Shown in pieces: positions 1 through 12,339 of a stretch of DNA of 64,000 nt; position 1 is the first letter of the stretch, and every line of letters starts with the position of its first letter. Location: contig OZ024743.1 in assembly GCA_964016885.1 (NCBI GenBank), forward strand, positions 230,516,001-230,580,000, in the 5' to 3' direction. This stretch comes from Eledone cirrhosa (taxonomy: Eukaryota). The position numbers and the translations under genes are program-made. Below the pieces are notes generated by a model. It was not told the origin of the DNA. It saw nothing but the letters and a program-made list of their open reading frames with translations, and did not search any database.

Positions 1-69
1 TTTGTAGACAATGTTACTAGAGAGGCATTTCCCGGATAAGGGGCAGTCAACCCGATTCCTGCAATTACG

Positions 70-330
70 TGCCAGGGAGCGTTTCCACGAACCAAAGTAT
101 CGTCTTCCTGTCTTGCTCCGGTTGCAACGTTTGTTGAAATATTCACTTCTGCGTTCACAGATTGACTTTGTTAGTTTCAGAAGATCCCGTTAAGGGTGAA
201 AGCAGAGATTCTTTGCTTTAACTTTAATATGATATTTTAATAAATTTTTGCTCTACGTTTCTTATATATTTGATATATATTTATCCTTATCGAGTCCTCT
301 TTGGATTTTAGTCTTCAAGTTTATTATTAT

Positions 331-332
<2 letters not shown>
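70..332. repeat. Dispersed non-coding repeat, probable Penelope-type pseudo-LTR remnant
   Basis: The sequence cttctgcgttcacagattgac...cccgttaagggtgaaagc...ctctttggattttagtcttcaa recurs at ~40303-40470 and 58450-58870; copies lie next to (TA)n. Confidence 0.6.

Positions 333-402
<70 letters not shown>
333..402. repeat. (TA)n microsatellite, one of many in the window
   Basis: Direct observation; similar tracts at ~3575, 3890, 26940, 29130, 39940, 41400-41905, 61230, 62030, 62400 and 63250. Confidence 0.99.
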
Positions 403-405
<3 letters not shown>

Positions 406-855
406 AATTAAAATGCTAGAGTGTGTTTAAGTTAAACACCCTCTTCATATTATAGAAATAACAGTATAGGATATAGCTCAATGTAATTAAACAGAGCCGA
501 AGAATTATTTAACCTTTCGATCACGATTGATAGAAATGATAGAGCGGTCAACTTTTTAGATGTGACTTTGGACTTGGTCACTAATAGTTATAAACCCTTC
601 CATAAGCCTAATGATATACTCTCTTATGTTAATCCCAATTCTAACCACACCAAATCTATGATTAGCTCTATAATTAACGGTGTATCTAATTGAATTTCCA
701 CACTCTCTAAGGATATAGGAATATTTAATTCACATGTAGAATACTATAATAATACCCTAGCTAACTCAGGTTACTCTGGTAAAATACGTTATAATGAGAA
801 CAACCTTAGAAAGTCTCCGTTTACCCATAATAATAATAACGTAATTTCCCATAAT

Positions 856-1797
856 ATGGACATGAATGGGAGTAGAAAGCATAAGAATCGTAGAAATCCC
901 ATAGGTGTATCCGAACCCATCCATAGGTTAAGCTACCGTAATCGTAATAGTGAATCTAATGGTACACTTTTCGGGATTAGTTCTAGGGAACAAGTTAGGC
1001 ACTCTGATCGCTTACCCAGTGGTAATGTTTTTACTAATTCTAATAGTGTTGTTTCAACTGATCCTGGTAGTAACCCTAATCCTATTGATATGATTCCAGA
1101 TAACAGTAGATATACTAAAGGTAGAAACAGAAGGAGACTCAATAGGGTTTTGGCTGCTTCTAATAATGTTGTTTCAACTAGTCCTCGTAGTAACCCTGAT
1201 CCTATTAGTGGGATACTGGATAACGGTAGAGTTCGTAAGGATAGAAATAGGAGGAGACTCAATACTTATTTTAACCCGCCTTATGATCATGAAGTATTAA
1301 CTAACATCCCTAGGTCTTTCTTTTCTATCTTAGAGAAAAATTTCCCTCCTACTAATAAATACCATGGTATTTTTAATAAAAATGTAATTAAACTATCATT
1401 CTCTACCACCCCTAATATTAGTTCTCATTTAGCTAGCACTAACAATAAGAAAATTAGGGAGAGCTACTCCTCTTTGCGTACTACTAGTCTTGATAGATGT
1501 ATTAATGCCTTACCACCTGAGCAGACCTTATCGTATAATAAACCTAGAAGTAATGCATCACTTATTCAGCCGGTAAATAGCACCAGGAAGTGTAACTGTA
1601 GAGTAAGTATTAACTGCCCTTTAAATGGTCACTGCCTCTCTAGGAACATTGTTTATGCTTGTGAAGTTAAGACTGATTCTTCTAATAGCACATATATAGG
1701 CCCCACATCAAACACTTTTAAAACTAGGTTTAATTCTCATATCTCTAATTTTAAGCATGTTAAGTTCAAGAACTCTACTTCTCTAGCACACCATTAA
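856..1797 (+). pseudogene. Penelope linker plus GIY-YIG endonuclease fragment, with upstream and premature stops
   Basis: Cys motif CNC..CPL..C followed by VY..YIG..F..R...H; internal duplication NxVVST..SNP..I..I.DN.R..K.RNRRRLN. Confidence 0.85.
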
Positions 1798-3462
1798 TTG
1801 GCGTATAGTAGCACGCTCTAATAACCTATCAACACACACTAAATTATGTAATCTCTGTATCCTAGAGACCCACTCTATAATTTTCTCTAGGGAAGTTTTG
1901 CTTAATAGAAAGTCTGAGATATTTTCTTCCTACCCCCATGCCATTTCTAATTCTTTCTTCTATTATATACCTAAAGGTTCTGGTAGTTTAAATCGTATCC
2001 ATTAGCTGCTATATTTCCTTATCCTTTTTGTTTAGGTTCATTTTGATTACCATCATCTTTATTATTATTAGTTTTTTTACAACTTTTCGATTTTAGTTTC
2101 CATAGTCTTTTGGCTACCATACCCTATCTATCGTCTTAAGCATTATTATAGTTTCACTACTAACACTTTATGGGTTTATATCTTATTAAATACTTTGGTT
2201 GGAGTCTCATTCAACTAATGTACCTCCTCCTCTACACACTTAATATCCGCCCCTTCTATTACACTATATATACATTTCACCTTTATGCTCCTTTTATGAT
2301 ATTATATAATATATTGATTTTAATTTTATGCTCCTTCCTATCCTCCATAACCTCTCTTCTTTCTGTTCCCATTGGTCTACCATAGTTCTATTTAGAGTCC
2401 TTTTATTTGATAACGTTACTCTATTCTTGATAATTTTATTGAGATATCTTAAACTTATACGGTTTTGATGACTTAAACAATAGCCAATTTTAAAGTGACT
2501 AAATATGTATTTTAAATACTTTTAATATTAATTAATTTAAAAAGGTTTTTCTAGTCAACTCTCTGGTCTACATTTCTATCTTTTTTCTTTTACTTAACCG
2601 CTTGTGACACCTAAGTAAATATACTTGTTTTTGTTTTTCGATCTTCCGTTTATTTTATTTATTTTTACTACCACACGCTGTTTGTCTGACCATGTAATTT
2701 CATTAATATATGTCTGTATGTCAACAACGTAAATATATTTTATATTTTGTGATATTTTGGTAATATTTATGCCAATGTAAAATGACTTGACCTCCGTGTT
2801 TTTGTTGCAATGGTATAGATATTTTTTCAACACAATTTTTTCAACACAATTTAGTACTATATGATTTTTTTCTTACCCTGTGTAAAACTGTATACTATTT
2901 GTTAACCTTAAATTATATGTATGATGTAACTTTGTATATCTTTTGATGCCAATATATTATAATATTGTTATTATAATGTTATTATAATGTTTCTATATTG
3001 TTTATGCACACTGACGGAATTATATATCATATTTTATTTTTATTTTTATCTTTATTCTTATTTTTATCTTTATTATATTATACTGTAAACAATATATATA
3101 TATATATAAATACTTAATAAGTGTTAGTTTGTATGTGTACTAATGTGTATATGTATAGAGATATATGTATATATATATACATATATTAAGCTTTTTATTA
3201 TCACCATCTATTATATTATATTATACTCGCATTATATTACCATTTGTGTTTCAAGATTTTGCATTATACAATATTTGCAGTGTGGGTTCATCATGTTAAT
3301 CACTTCCTTGCTATTTGGTCCATATCTATGTTTGTAACTGCTCACTCTTAATCTTAGACAACTTTTCCTTGATATCTTTCCTAAGCTTTAATAGATGTAT
3401 ACTCCATATTCTTCTGAGTTTTTGGCTTGTATTGGCCGATAGTGCTTATTGTAGCTTTACTT

Positions 3463-3500
3463 GCCCTGATGAGTCCTTAATAGGACGAAACATTGTTGGC
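3463..3500 (+). ncRNA. Minimal type I hammerhead ribozyme
   Basis: gcc-CTGATGA-gtcc(ttaata)ggac-GAAAC-att-GTT^-ggc: intact core, 4-bp stem II, short stems I and III. Confidence 0.8.
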
Positions 3501-3568
3501 TAAAAAAGACTTTTGATGTATTGAACGGTTCTTTGATTTATTTTTTATAAATTTTTTTTATAATTTGT

Positions 3569-3648
<80 letters not shown>

Positions 3649-3847
3649 GAGAAGAAAGAAGAATGCTGCGTGGTTGCACATGGGTTACATATGATAAAAA
3701 TAGTCCTTCGTCAGTGATTTGCCAACCATCATTGATATTTCATCGCATTATCTATATATATATATATGAAACTAAAAAAGGAAGACAGGAAGACGATACT
3801 TACGGTGTTTTATATATTTATATATATATTATGCATAACAAGCCCTC

Positions 3848-3950
<103 letters not shown>

Positions 3951-4644
3951 TGCACTGTGTGGCATTCCCTTCATCAGTTGTTGATTTGGTTTTTTTTATG
4001 ATTTCGAATGCTTCTGGTTGTATCCCCCCCCCTCATATGTGTCAAGCGGATTTGATACTTACAGGGAATAACCCGTTTCCCGGTTTACTATGTAGTACAA
4101 TATCCGTCGTTAACCAGACTTGTATCACCAGTATTTTGGTGTTGTAAACATTCTCATTACTCAGTCAATTCGATGTTTTCATCTTACGCAGAGTTTCCTT
4201 TCTATTCTGAATGCTGGGATTTCACTCAAATCAGGGATTTCCAACGGGCTATGAGTCATTTCCTACTATCACATACAAAACATTTCCCATCAGACACCTA
4301 TATAGTAAATATAAACAAGTTTACAAAAAATGTTTTGTAAAAGTTTGTTTCTTGTTCTTATATGGATTTTGGTGTAGTAAAAAATACAAAGGGAAATGTG
4401 TGTGTGTGTGGGGGGGGGGGTTTTAACAAACAACGCTAAGTTATGCGGCTGCTGCTTCTGATACCGAATTAAAGAACAAAGAAAGCAAACTTGACCATTT
4501 ACAACTGTATTAATGTCAAGGTGATGGTAGCAAAGATTGCCCCCACTCTCTCAATCATTTTGCTTCGTGAGTTGAGGGCCATCAGATCTTAGTTGGCTCT
4601 CATTAAAAGCACGAAGTTTGGTGTCTGTGTAGTCTGTTATTGTG

Positions 4645-6297
4645 CATTTTGTTTTTGGAGAGGGAAGGAAGAGGACTTTTTCTTTTTGGGGTTCTTTTTC
4701 TTTTTTTCTTTTTTCCTGATACAGTTTCCCACTCCTCGTCGTCACAATCTGTCTCCAGTTGCGATAGGTCGGGGAGTGGAAAATCCTCCACAGTCGTTGG
4801 TTTTGGTTGTGGCGTGGTGGATGGTGGAGGCGCTGGTGCTAATTCTGGCGCGGTGGGTGGTGGTGGTGTCGGTTTTGCTACTTTTTCTGGGGTTGCTGCT
4901 GCTACAGTTGCTTCTGTTGTTGCTCCCATTTCTGCTGCTGGTGGTGTTGATGGTTGAGCCACTGGGGTGGGTAAGAGAGGTGGCCTCAACTTTTTAGCAT
5001 GAGGGCAGAAAGCCTTTAGGTGGTTTCTTTCATCACAAACGACACACCTAGGCCTTCTACCCTTAACGATTACGGTGAGGTGGCTGCCGTCATTGAGGTC
5101 TATCACCTCTGGATTTTCCTCAATGTTTTTTTGGTCCCCTTGGATCAGGAGCACCATCCCAGATCCGGACCAGTTCTCCTGCTTTTCTTTTGTTACTTCA
5201 ATTATTTTCGTGTTGGCTTCAATGCCGGCGAGGACGACAGCCATTAAACAGGGGTATTCGATGGCCGCTGGAACGTGGGTCAACCTGATCTTCACGAGTC
5301 TCTGACCACAATAGCTTGGGACAAGTGTGAAGTCGTCACTTCATAATGGGGTCATGTAATCCTATCTGGCTTCCTGTGGTGTTCCAAAAAAACACGTCCA
5401 CAGTTCCATATTTCTGCCCACGTCTGATGTGGTGGTTTTTCGCCCACACATGTCCCACAGTTTTATATTTGGGACTCGGATGCCCGTTCCAATCGGCGAA
5501 ATTTTGTATATAAGTGCCAATGCTCCATTTAATTAGGTGGGGGTGGGGTGGGGGTGAGGCTGACTCTGTGCCTACCTTTTTTTACCATTCTCTTGGCTTC
5601 ATTTAATTAATCCTGGCTTACCTCAATTGTTTCGCTTTTCTTGGCTGCTTTGGCAAACGACACATTTGCGCTGGTGTTGATGTTTTTGTTGTTGTTCTCA
5701 TTGTTGTTGTTGCTGTTGTTGTTATTGTTATCTTTATTATTGTTATTTTTAGTTTCAGTGGTGGTGGTGGTGGTGGTTGTGGTGGTGGCGTCAGTGGTGT
5801 TTGACGTGGAAGAGTCCATTCTGCGTGAATCCATTTCGATGTCACGAGATAATACTTTTTTGGGTTTTCTGTTGTCGCTGTGGTGGTGGTGGGGGTGGTT
5901 GCTTTAACACCTGCAGTTATTGGTAATGGCGGGAAATGAATGTCTGCATGTGACAAATTTAAATTATTGCCACTGCTTATATTTTTAGTGTTGGCAACCG
6001 TAGTAATATTTACAATGGTGGTGTTGGTGTGAGGTGTTAGTTTGTCAGGAAGGCTGTCAGTTTCGTGTGGCTCTGAGGCGTCCATGATTTTTTTAAAGAA
6101 AGTTTTTGTTTGATAATTATAAAAGTTTAAATTTGGGGCTCAAGGCCCCAACTTTTTGAGTGTCTTTTTCAGAAAGCAATATATGTGAACTTATAAAAAC
6201 TTAACAACAAAAATGTTCCATAACTGGCAATTTGAAACAACTGAAAACAACAAAACTTTGCGGAGTTCACGATAATACGATTTCTACGTAGGAGACC
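4645..6297 (-). mobile_element. Tx1-group LINE copy 1: 5'UTR and ORF1 only, 3' part lost
   Basis: Colinear with the 5' part of copy 6 (54611 downward); knuckle CVVCDERNHLKAFC; 5' end abuts (ATT)n 6298-6333; similarity to copy 6 stops at ~4645. Confidence 0.88.

Positions 6298-6333
<36 letters not shown>
6298..6333. repeat. (AAT/ATT)n array joining the 3' end of Tx1 copy 2 to the 5' end of copy 1
   Basis: Direct observation. Confidence 0.98.
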
Positions 6334-6334
<1 letters not shown>

Positions 6335-6596
6335 GTTTCTTTATTGGCCACAAGGGCTAACACGAAGAAAACAATTTTAGACGGCAGAGAACAGTACAGG
6401 ACGATACAAATTGGGTTTTGGTCGTGTAAACAAGTTGTAACAAAATTGGGCTAGAAATCAAAAGAATTCAAACAACAACAATTCCCAATATGGAGGAAAC
6501 CTCCGAAGCTCACACGTTGCGAAAACTACACAAAAAGGCCACGGCCACGCTAACTACCAGGGCACGCGCCCTCTCTTACTTTTCCCACTCCTCAGT

Positions 6597-9500
6597 CTAC
6601 AGTCGCATACTCAGAGCGGGCCCGTTCACTCGTACTAGACTCGCCACTTTCACCCACCTTTCAACAAACATACTAGAAGACAACACTTGCCTTTCCACAC
6701 TGATTTTCCTCTTCAAATGAAACTTGAAAAAGTTAATCAGGGATTGGCCGAAGAGGAAAGTGTCCTTCTTCAACCCTTTCAACCTTGTCCACCACACAAT
6801 CTCTTTAGCCATGGCCACCAGGTAGATGAAAACTGCCTGCCCTTCCTCCTCTTTAACGGAGGATGGCGGGGCTATCTGCAGAATGGACTCAGTCGATAAC
6901 CGGATCCGTCCTACACGCGACAGCAGCTGTTCGACATAGCTCCACATGTCAGAAATCCTCGGGAACTGAACGAGTGCGTCCAAGACGGTTTCTTCGCCCT
7001 GCGCGCATCACGGACAGGCTCGGCTGACAGCACCTCTTTGCCTGTAGAGCTTATCCAGAACCGGCAACGCTCCCCGGTAGCACTGCCAGGCCAGGGATTT
7101 TTGGAAGTTATCCATAGGCCCTGGACTGAATGTTCTCCGGAAGAGAGCAAACAGCTGATCGTCTTCGACGCCCAGCGCCTCAACGAGCATGTCATCGCTC
7201 TTTCCCTCCACTAGCCCTCTATAGAATGCCAAGGTGGATGTTCCACCAATATTTGTGCCCAGCTGCTAGAGCCAGGTGAGCGCTTGGAGACATTCCAGCT
7301 CCCAAGCGCTATCTCTTGGTCTTTTCCTGATCCAGGACGGCATCTCCGTCAAGGAGACGAGCTGGGGAAAAGCGCGTTTGGCAAACGGTGACCACACCTG
7401 TTCACCGCCAAGGAAGCACCAGAGACGTCGCAGCCTCAGCGCATGTTTGTTCATCATCAGCCACAGCATGCCTAGTCCTCCACGCAACGGGTGTTGACAG
7501 CAAATGGATCGTCTGACCATGGGAGCACGTCTCTTTCTCAAAAAGCGGAAGAGAAGGCACTCCATTTTGGTCAGAGTTGGGCGTGGGCGGTAGTAGATGA
7601 CGGATGCTAAGTACGCATTCGCCACCTCCGCCCGACCTTTCAGAAACATCTTCCTCTCGGCCCATTTCTGGGTGAGAGAGGCCACCCTGTTTGTCACCTC
7701 GCTCCTGTTTTTCTTCATCTGGAGGTCCGGAGCGAACGAGACCCCGAGCAATTTAACCGGTCCTTCCCTCCAGTGCCCAACGAATGCAGTCGGAAGGCAT
7801 GGACTTTCCTCTCCAGGTGCCGAGTTGCAAGCCCACACACTTTTCCTCGTTTATCTTTTCTCCTGTCACCGCTTCGTATTTCTTGATTGCGGTGTCGAGC
7901 ATTTGGACGTGTTTGGTGCTCGACACGACCACCGTGACGTCGTCGGCTTAAGCTGACACGGATCTCCCGCATCCCAGTTCGCGTGGGACTCCCTCATCGT
8001 CTCCAATTTGTGTAGTAACGGCTCGTGTGCCAGTACGTACAAGAAAGACGAGCGGTGGCAACCCTGGCGGACCGAGGGCATGATACTGAGCGGCTGCGAC
8101 AGGTGACCATTCACCCTCACAATCGAGCAGATGTCGCTGTGCATCGCAGTGATCCAGCTACTAAAAGCGGGCCCGAAGCCGGCCGCCTCAAGGACCGCAA
8201 CCAGGTACCGATGGTCGACCCTATCAAATGCTTTAGATTGATCCAAGTTGATCAGGGCCCTACCCGTGCCAGGTTCCTTAACCACCCTCTCTATGATGTT
8301 TCGCATGAGATGGAGGTTGTCGTGGATTGATCTGTCCGGAATGGCGCATGTGTGCGATCTACCACCAGGTCACCGATGACAAGCACCAATCTCTTTGCTA
8401 ACACCTTGGCCAAAATCTTAAACTTTGCGTTTAGCAGAGTTAGGGGCCTGAAGTTGTCTATAACGCCCCCCTTGTTTGGGTCTTTTCTCAGCAGCGCCAC
8501 CGCTCCCCGGCTCACAAAACTGGGAATGATCCCCTTCTGCTGCCAGTTGCAGTAGACCTCTGCCAATAGGTCGCCGAACTAGTCTGGCATATGCGCATAA
8601 AGTTCATAAGGCAGACCATCCGAACCTGCGGATTTACCCCTCGTGAAATCAGACATCGCTTCCCGTATTTCACCTGCTGTCATCGGCTTTTTGCAGCACT
8701 GTGCTGCGGTTGTCGAGAGCCGCGGCAGTCCGTCGAGGTATGCACCGAAGTCCATACTCTGATCCGCCCCGCCGCCGCTCCCGAACAATTGAGCAAACTG
8801 CTGTTGAAGAAAAGCCACACACATCTGCTCGGTTTCGAGCAACATGCGCCCGTTTTCATCAGGCAAATACCGAATTGTTGACTTGTTGCCACGTCGACCC
8901 CCCACCACCCGAGCCCATTGGACGTATTTTGTCCCCTCGTGTTTCAGAGCACGCGCTCTAGCTCCGACAACGCAGCCTTCATGTTTTGCGTGGAAGAATT
9001 GGTCGAGTGCCAATCTCGCCGCAAGCATATCGGTTGTGATGTCTGTCCTAAACGCCTCTTCTAGCTTTCTAACTAACCCTCCCTCTACTCTATTTTCCTC
9101 TATCACTACTCCTTTGCTAAACCTTATCTACTCTAATATCCCTTCAAGGGTAAACCACCACCTGTTGTTGTCGATCGCAGCCGTCAACGCACGCTTAACT
9201 AATTCGCTAATCCTGTCTCTGTATGCTTTGCGTGCCGGGAACGACCCATTCAGCTTCCAGTAGCCGGACCCTTGCTTATGGAGTCTATCTAAGTCAACAT
9301 CACAGGTAACAAATTTGTGGTCCGTGTAGTCGACTACTTTAAATTGTGGACAACCTACACTAGCTTTATCTGTTTCCCTACAGAATACCCTATCTAAATA
9401 CGATCTGAATTACCCGATGCGGTTTGCTCATGTCCACGTTGGCACATTCGGATAATCCAGTCTATACCTGTCAGGCAGTTAAAAACGTCTCAGCAGGTTG

Positions 9501-9995
9501 TTGAGGCTTTTAATCCCTCCTGCCCTGTCTACTAGTCCCACATAATCCCAGCATCCATCTAAGATACCGTTCCAGTCGCCCCTAACACTAAATAGCGGGA
9601 CGTTCCAAGAAAGATCTCTAGACGTCTGAAGAAATATGCCCGTCCTGTCTCTGTTGGGGCGTAGACGGCTACTAGCCTGAAAGTTTTGCCTTCGCTGCCG
9701 GTCACATCCAGCACCCCCAACTTACCTTCTGGATCCAGGAAGATGGCTCGTATGGCGAGATCCAAGCCTCTCCGAAAAAGCACAGCAACTCCTCCCCCGA
9801 TCCTGGACGGCTGGGAGATGCGTATATATCGTAGCCGCCGAAAATCAGTGCGAAGGCTCGTGCTTCGGAGATTCTGGTCTCGCTGATGGCCACCACATCT
9901 ATGTTTAGTGACCTGTGGTCGTGGAGCAGATGACCGTGCTTCCAAGAAGATCCCAGGCTACATACATTTATACTGCCTATTCTAAGTACGGCTAT
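6597..9995 (-). pseudogene. ORF2 of copy 2 (AP endonuclease, reverse transcriptase, CCHC), frameshifted
   Basis: VAISETR, VAVYAP, KSAGSDGLPYE, FRPLTLLN, DQSKAFDRVDH, VRQGC, VKLLGV, LRGGLGM; start codon mutated to ATA at 9995. Confidence 0.92.
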
Positions 9996-10024
9996 GTTGG
10001 ATGAGAAATGGGGTAATAGAAAAG

Positions 10025-11941
10025 GATCACTTACCTTGATCGTGTGGGGAAGGGACAGTAGAACCGTCCCTTTAACAGGTCATGGGTGTTTCCGATAGGA
10101 TATCGGCGTATATCCTCTTGGTAACCGACCCTCTGAAGTCTCCAACTGCGTTGGGGAATTTTTCTTTTAAAAGTTTATGTTCTATTTTAATTTCAATGAT
10201 GCTTATCTTTTCCGGGACAGTTCTTGTGTTGGTGGGGTGTAGCAATTTTTTTTTTCTGTGATGTCTTTGTGCTGTTTTATATGTTGTAACAGTTCTTTAT
10301 TTGCCATGTTGATAGCTGTGTACTTTTTGGTGGGAGGGGTGGTTTTGTTGCTGTTTTCTTCTTGTTGCTGTTGGGTATATGTGCTTTGTTGTGTTTGCGA
10401 TGTTAGTGTTTTTGGTGATGCTGGTGTTGATGTGGTTGTTGTTGATAGTGATGCTTGTGGTGGTGATGGTGGTGGCGCTAGTGGTCGTGGTGGTGGTGGT
10501 GGTGGTGGTGTTGCTGCAGGTCTCCTTGCAGCCTTTACCACTCTTTGTTTGGCCTTTGCTTTTAGAGGGTGAAGCTTATCACTTCCCTCCCGCCTCAATC
10601 TCCATGTCGAATTCCGTGGCGTTTGGGAGGGGTATGAGCTGCACTGCTGTTGGTGGTGGTAATGGAGCCCGCTCCGGTGATTTTGCCGCCGTTGTAGTTA
10701 CTGCGACTGTTGGTGTTTCCGCCACTGCTGCCACTGTTTTAGTTGTCCGTGGCCTTGTTATGGATGCCACGGTCGTTGCCCTCCAACTCACCATGGAAGG
10801 GTCTTCTTTGGCTGACTTCTGTGGGCAGAAGGCCTTGAAGTGACCCTTTCTGCCCACAGAGATAGCACTTTGGGCGCGCTTATAGGGAGCTGGAGTCCTT
10901 TCTCGAGGTCTATGATATCTGGGATGGCCTCGATGCACTCATTTTCAGTTTGTATTAGCATTTGCATGCCTATTCCTGGTCAGTTCTCTCTTCCCATTCT
11001 CTGTATTAGCAGTATGGTGGTCTTCTTCTCGATTCCAGCATATACAGACGTGGCCAGCCAAGGTGTGGGCACCTCGAGCGGGACTTGGTCACTTTGACAC
11101 TCACAATTTTCTGCCCGCAGTAGGAGGGCACCAAGACTATCTCCTCACTCTTTAGGGTTTCCAAAGAGTGAGACTCCGCCTCTTACGGGGTGGCGAAAAG
11201 TACGTCTAATGTGGCGTACTTTTTGCCTCGGTGATGTGGGTTTTGCGCGCCCAGACGCACCCCAAGGCCTTTTGGATTTGAGCCTCCATGGCTCTCTCCA
11301 CCGGATGTGACATTTTGCTTTCGGTGCGGTAAGTCACCATGTGCAGCTGCTGGTCTTTGAAGAAATCAGGTGGAGGTTTCAGGGAAACTCTATTCTCATG
11401 GCTCTTGCGACTGCCATCTCCTCCGTGACTTTCACTATCTCTATATTTCGGGCCACACCTGCGAAAGAAGTGGCCCCTTTTTCAGCAGCGCTATTATTGC
11501 TGCCGCTACTGCTGCTACTGGTCTTATTGTTGATGCTGTTGCTGTTGCTACTGCTACAAACGGTGTTGTCGGTGTTGTTGCTGTTATCACTGTTGTAGTT
11601 GCTATTTTTTTTGGTGCCACCGTTGTTGCTGTTTTCGGTGCAATTTGTATTGTTGCTGTTGGTGTTGTCACTATTTATTTTCTTATTAATGGTGTTAATA
11701 TCGTTGTTGCATTTGTTGTCATTTTTTTATGTTGTCTGTATTTTTGTTGTCGCTGTTATTGTTGTAGTTGGCGTGGTAATTTTTTTTTAAAACTAGTGTT
11801 CTCAGTGTTGTTGTCTTTCTTGACGTTATTTGTGGTGGTGTTTGTTGTATCAATTTCTGTGTTCGCCGTAACCCTCCTCTCAACTTTTACGCCGTTGTCA
11901 CACGACAGCAGATATATTGCTGGGGGACGTGGCTCAGCCAT
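10025..11941 (-). pseudogene. ORF1 of copy 2 (Asn/Thr-rich N-terminus, RRM-like core, CCHC knuckle, Pro/Thr-rich tail)
   Basis: MAEPRPP start; core ..QIQKALGCVWARKTHIT..KKYATLDV..VLVPSYCGQKIV; HFKAFC; KEKFPNAVGDFR. Confidence 0.85.
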
Positions 11942-12155
11942 GTTTTTATTTTATTTTTAAAAGTAAAAGGTTCAAATATTTGGGCCAATAGGCCCAAATA
12001 TTTTACTTTCTCCTTCGCAGGGCGAAGTCCAAGGTCTTATATTCCTTACACAACAAGAACAATTTAACAACAAATAATTATAGCAGGTAAATAAAACGAC
12101 TTACTGGGAGCGAGCAAAAAGACGTCCAAACAGACCAATAATAATAATATTAATT

Positions 12156-12334
12156 GTTTTTTACTTTTGGCACAAGGCCAGCAAACACCCAGTGTATTAC
12201 TGGTACTTTATTTTATCGACCCCGTAACGATGAAAGACAAAGTTAACCTCGGCGGGATTTGAACTCAGAATGGCAAGGGCCGTAACTCTACGCGTCAAAG
12301 CATGGCGACCGACCCTCTAGCAATACTGCCATCC
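12156..12334 (-). mobile_element. tRNA-derived SINE with (ATT)n tail
   Basis: Reverse complement has A-box-like tggcagtattgctag, B box gagttcaaatcc, core ttgtctttcatcgttacggggtcgataaaataaagtaccag and tail ggccttgtgccaaaagtaaaaaacaatt. Confidence 0.88.
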
Positions 12335-12339
12335 AATAG

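Larger units (their letters stand above)
505..3540 (+). mobile_element. 5'-truncated Penelope-like retroelement (RT C-terminus, GIY-YIG endonuclease, 3' pseudo-LTR)
   Basis: Translation from ~511 gives LSITIDRNDRAVNFLDVTL..YKPFHKPNDILSYVNPNSNH. ORF 856-1797 has YFNPP, KLSFSTTPNI, CNCRVSINCPLNGHC, VYACEV..YIG..FKTRFNSH. Hammerhead motif near the 3' end. Confidence 0.85.
6334..12136 (-). mobile_element. Tx1-group LINE copy 2, full length, degenerate
   Basis: ORF1 from 11941 and ORF2 with APE, RT and C-terminal zinc finger; ends gcccttgtggccAATAAAgaaacc(att)n; 5' end follows (att)n. Confidence 0.93.
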
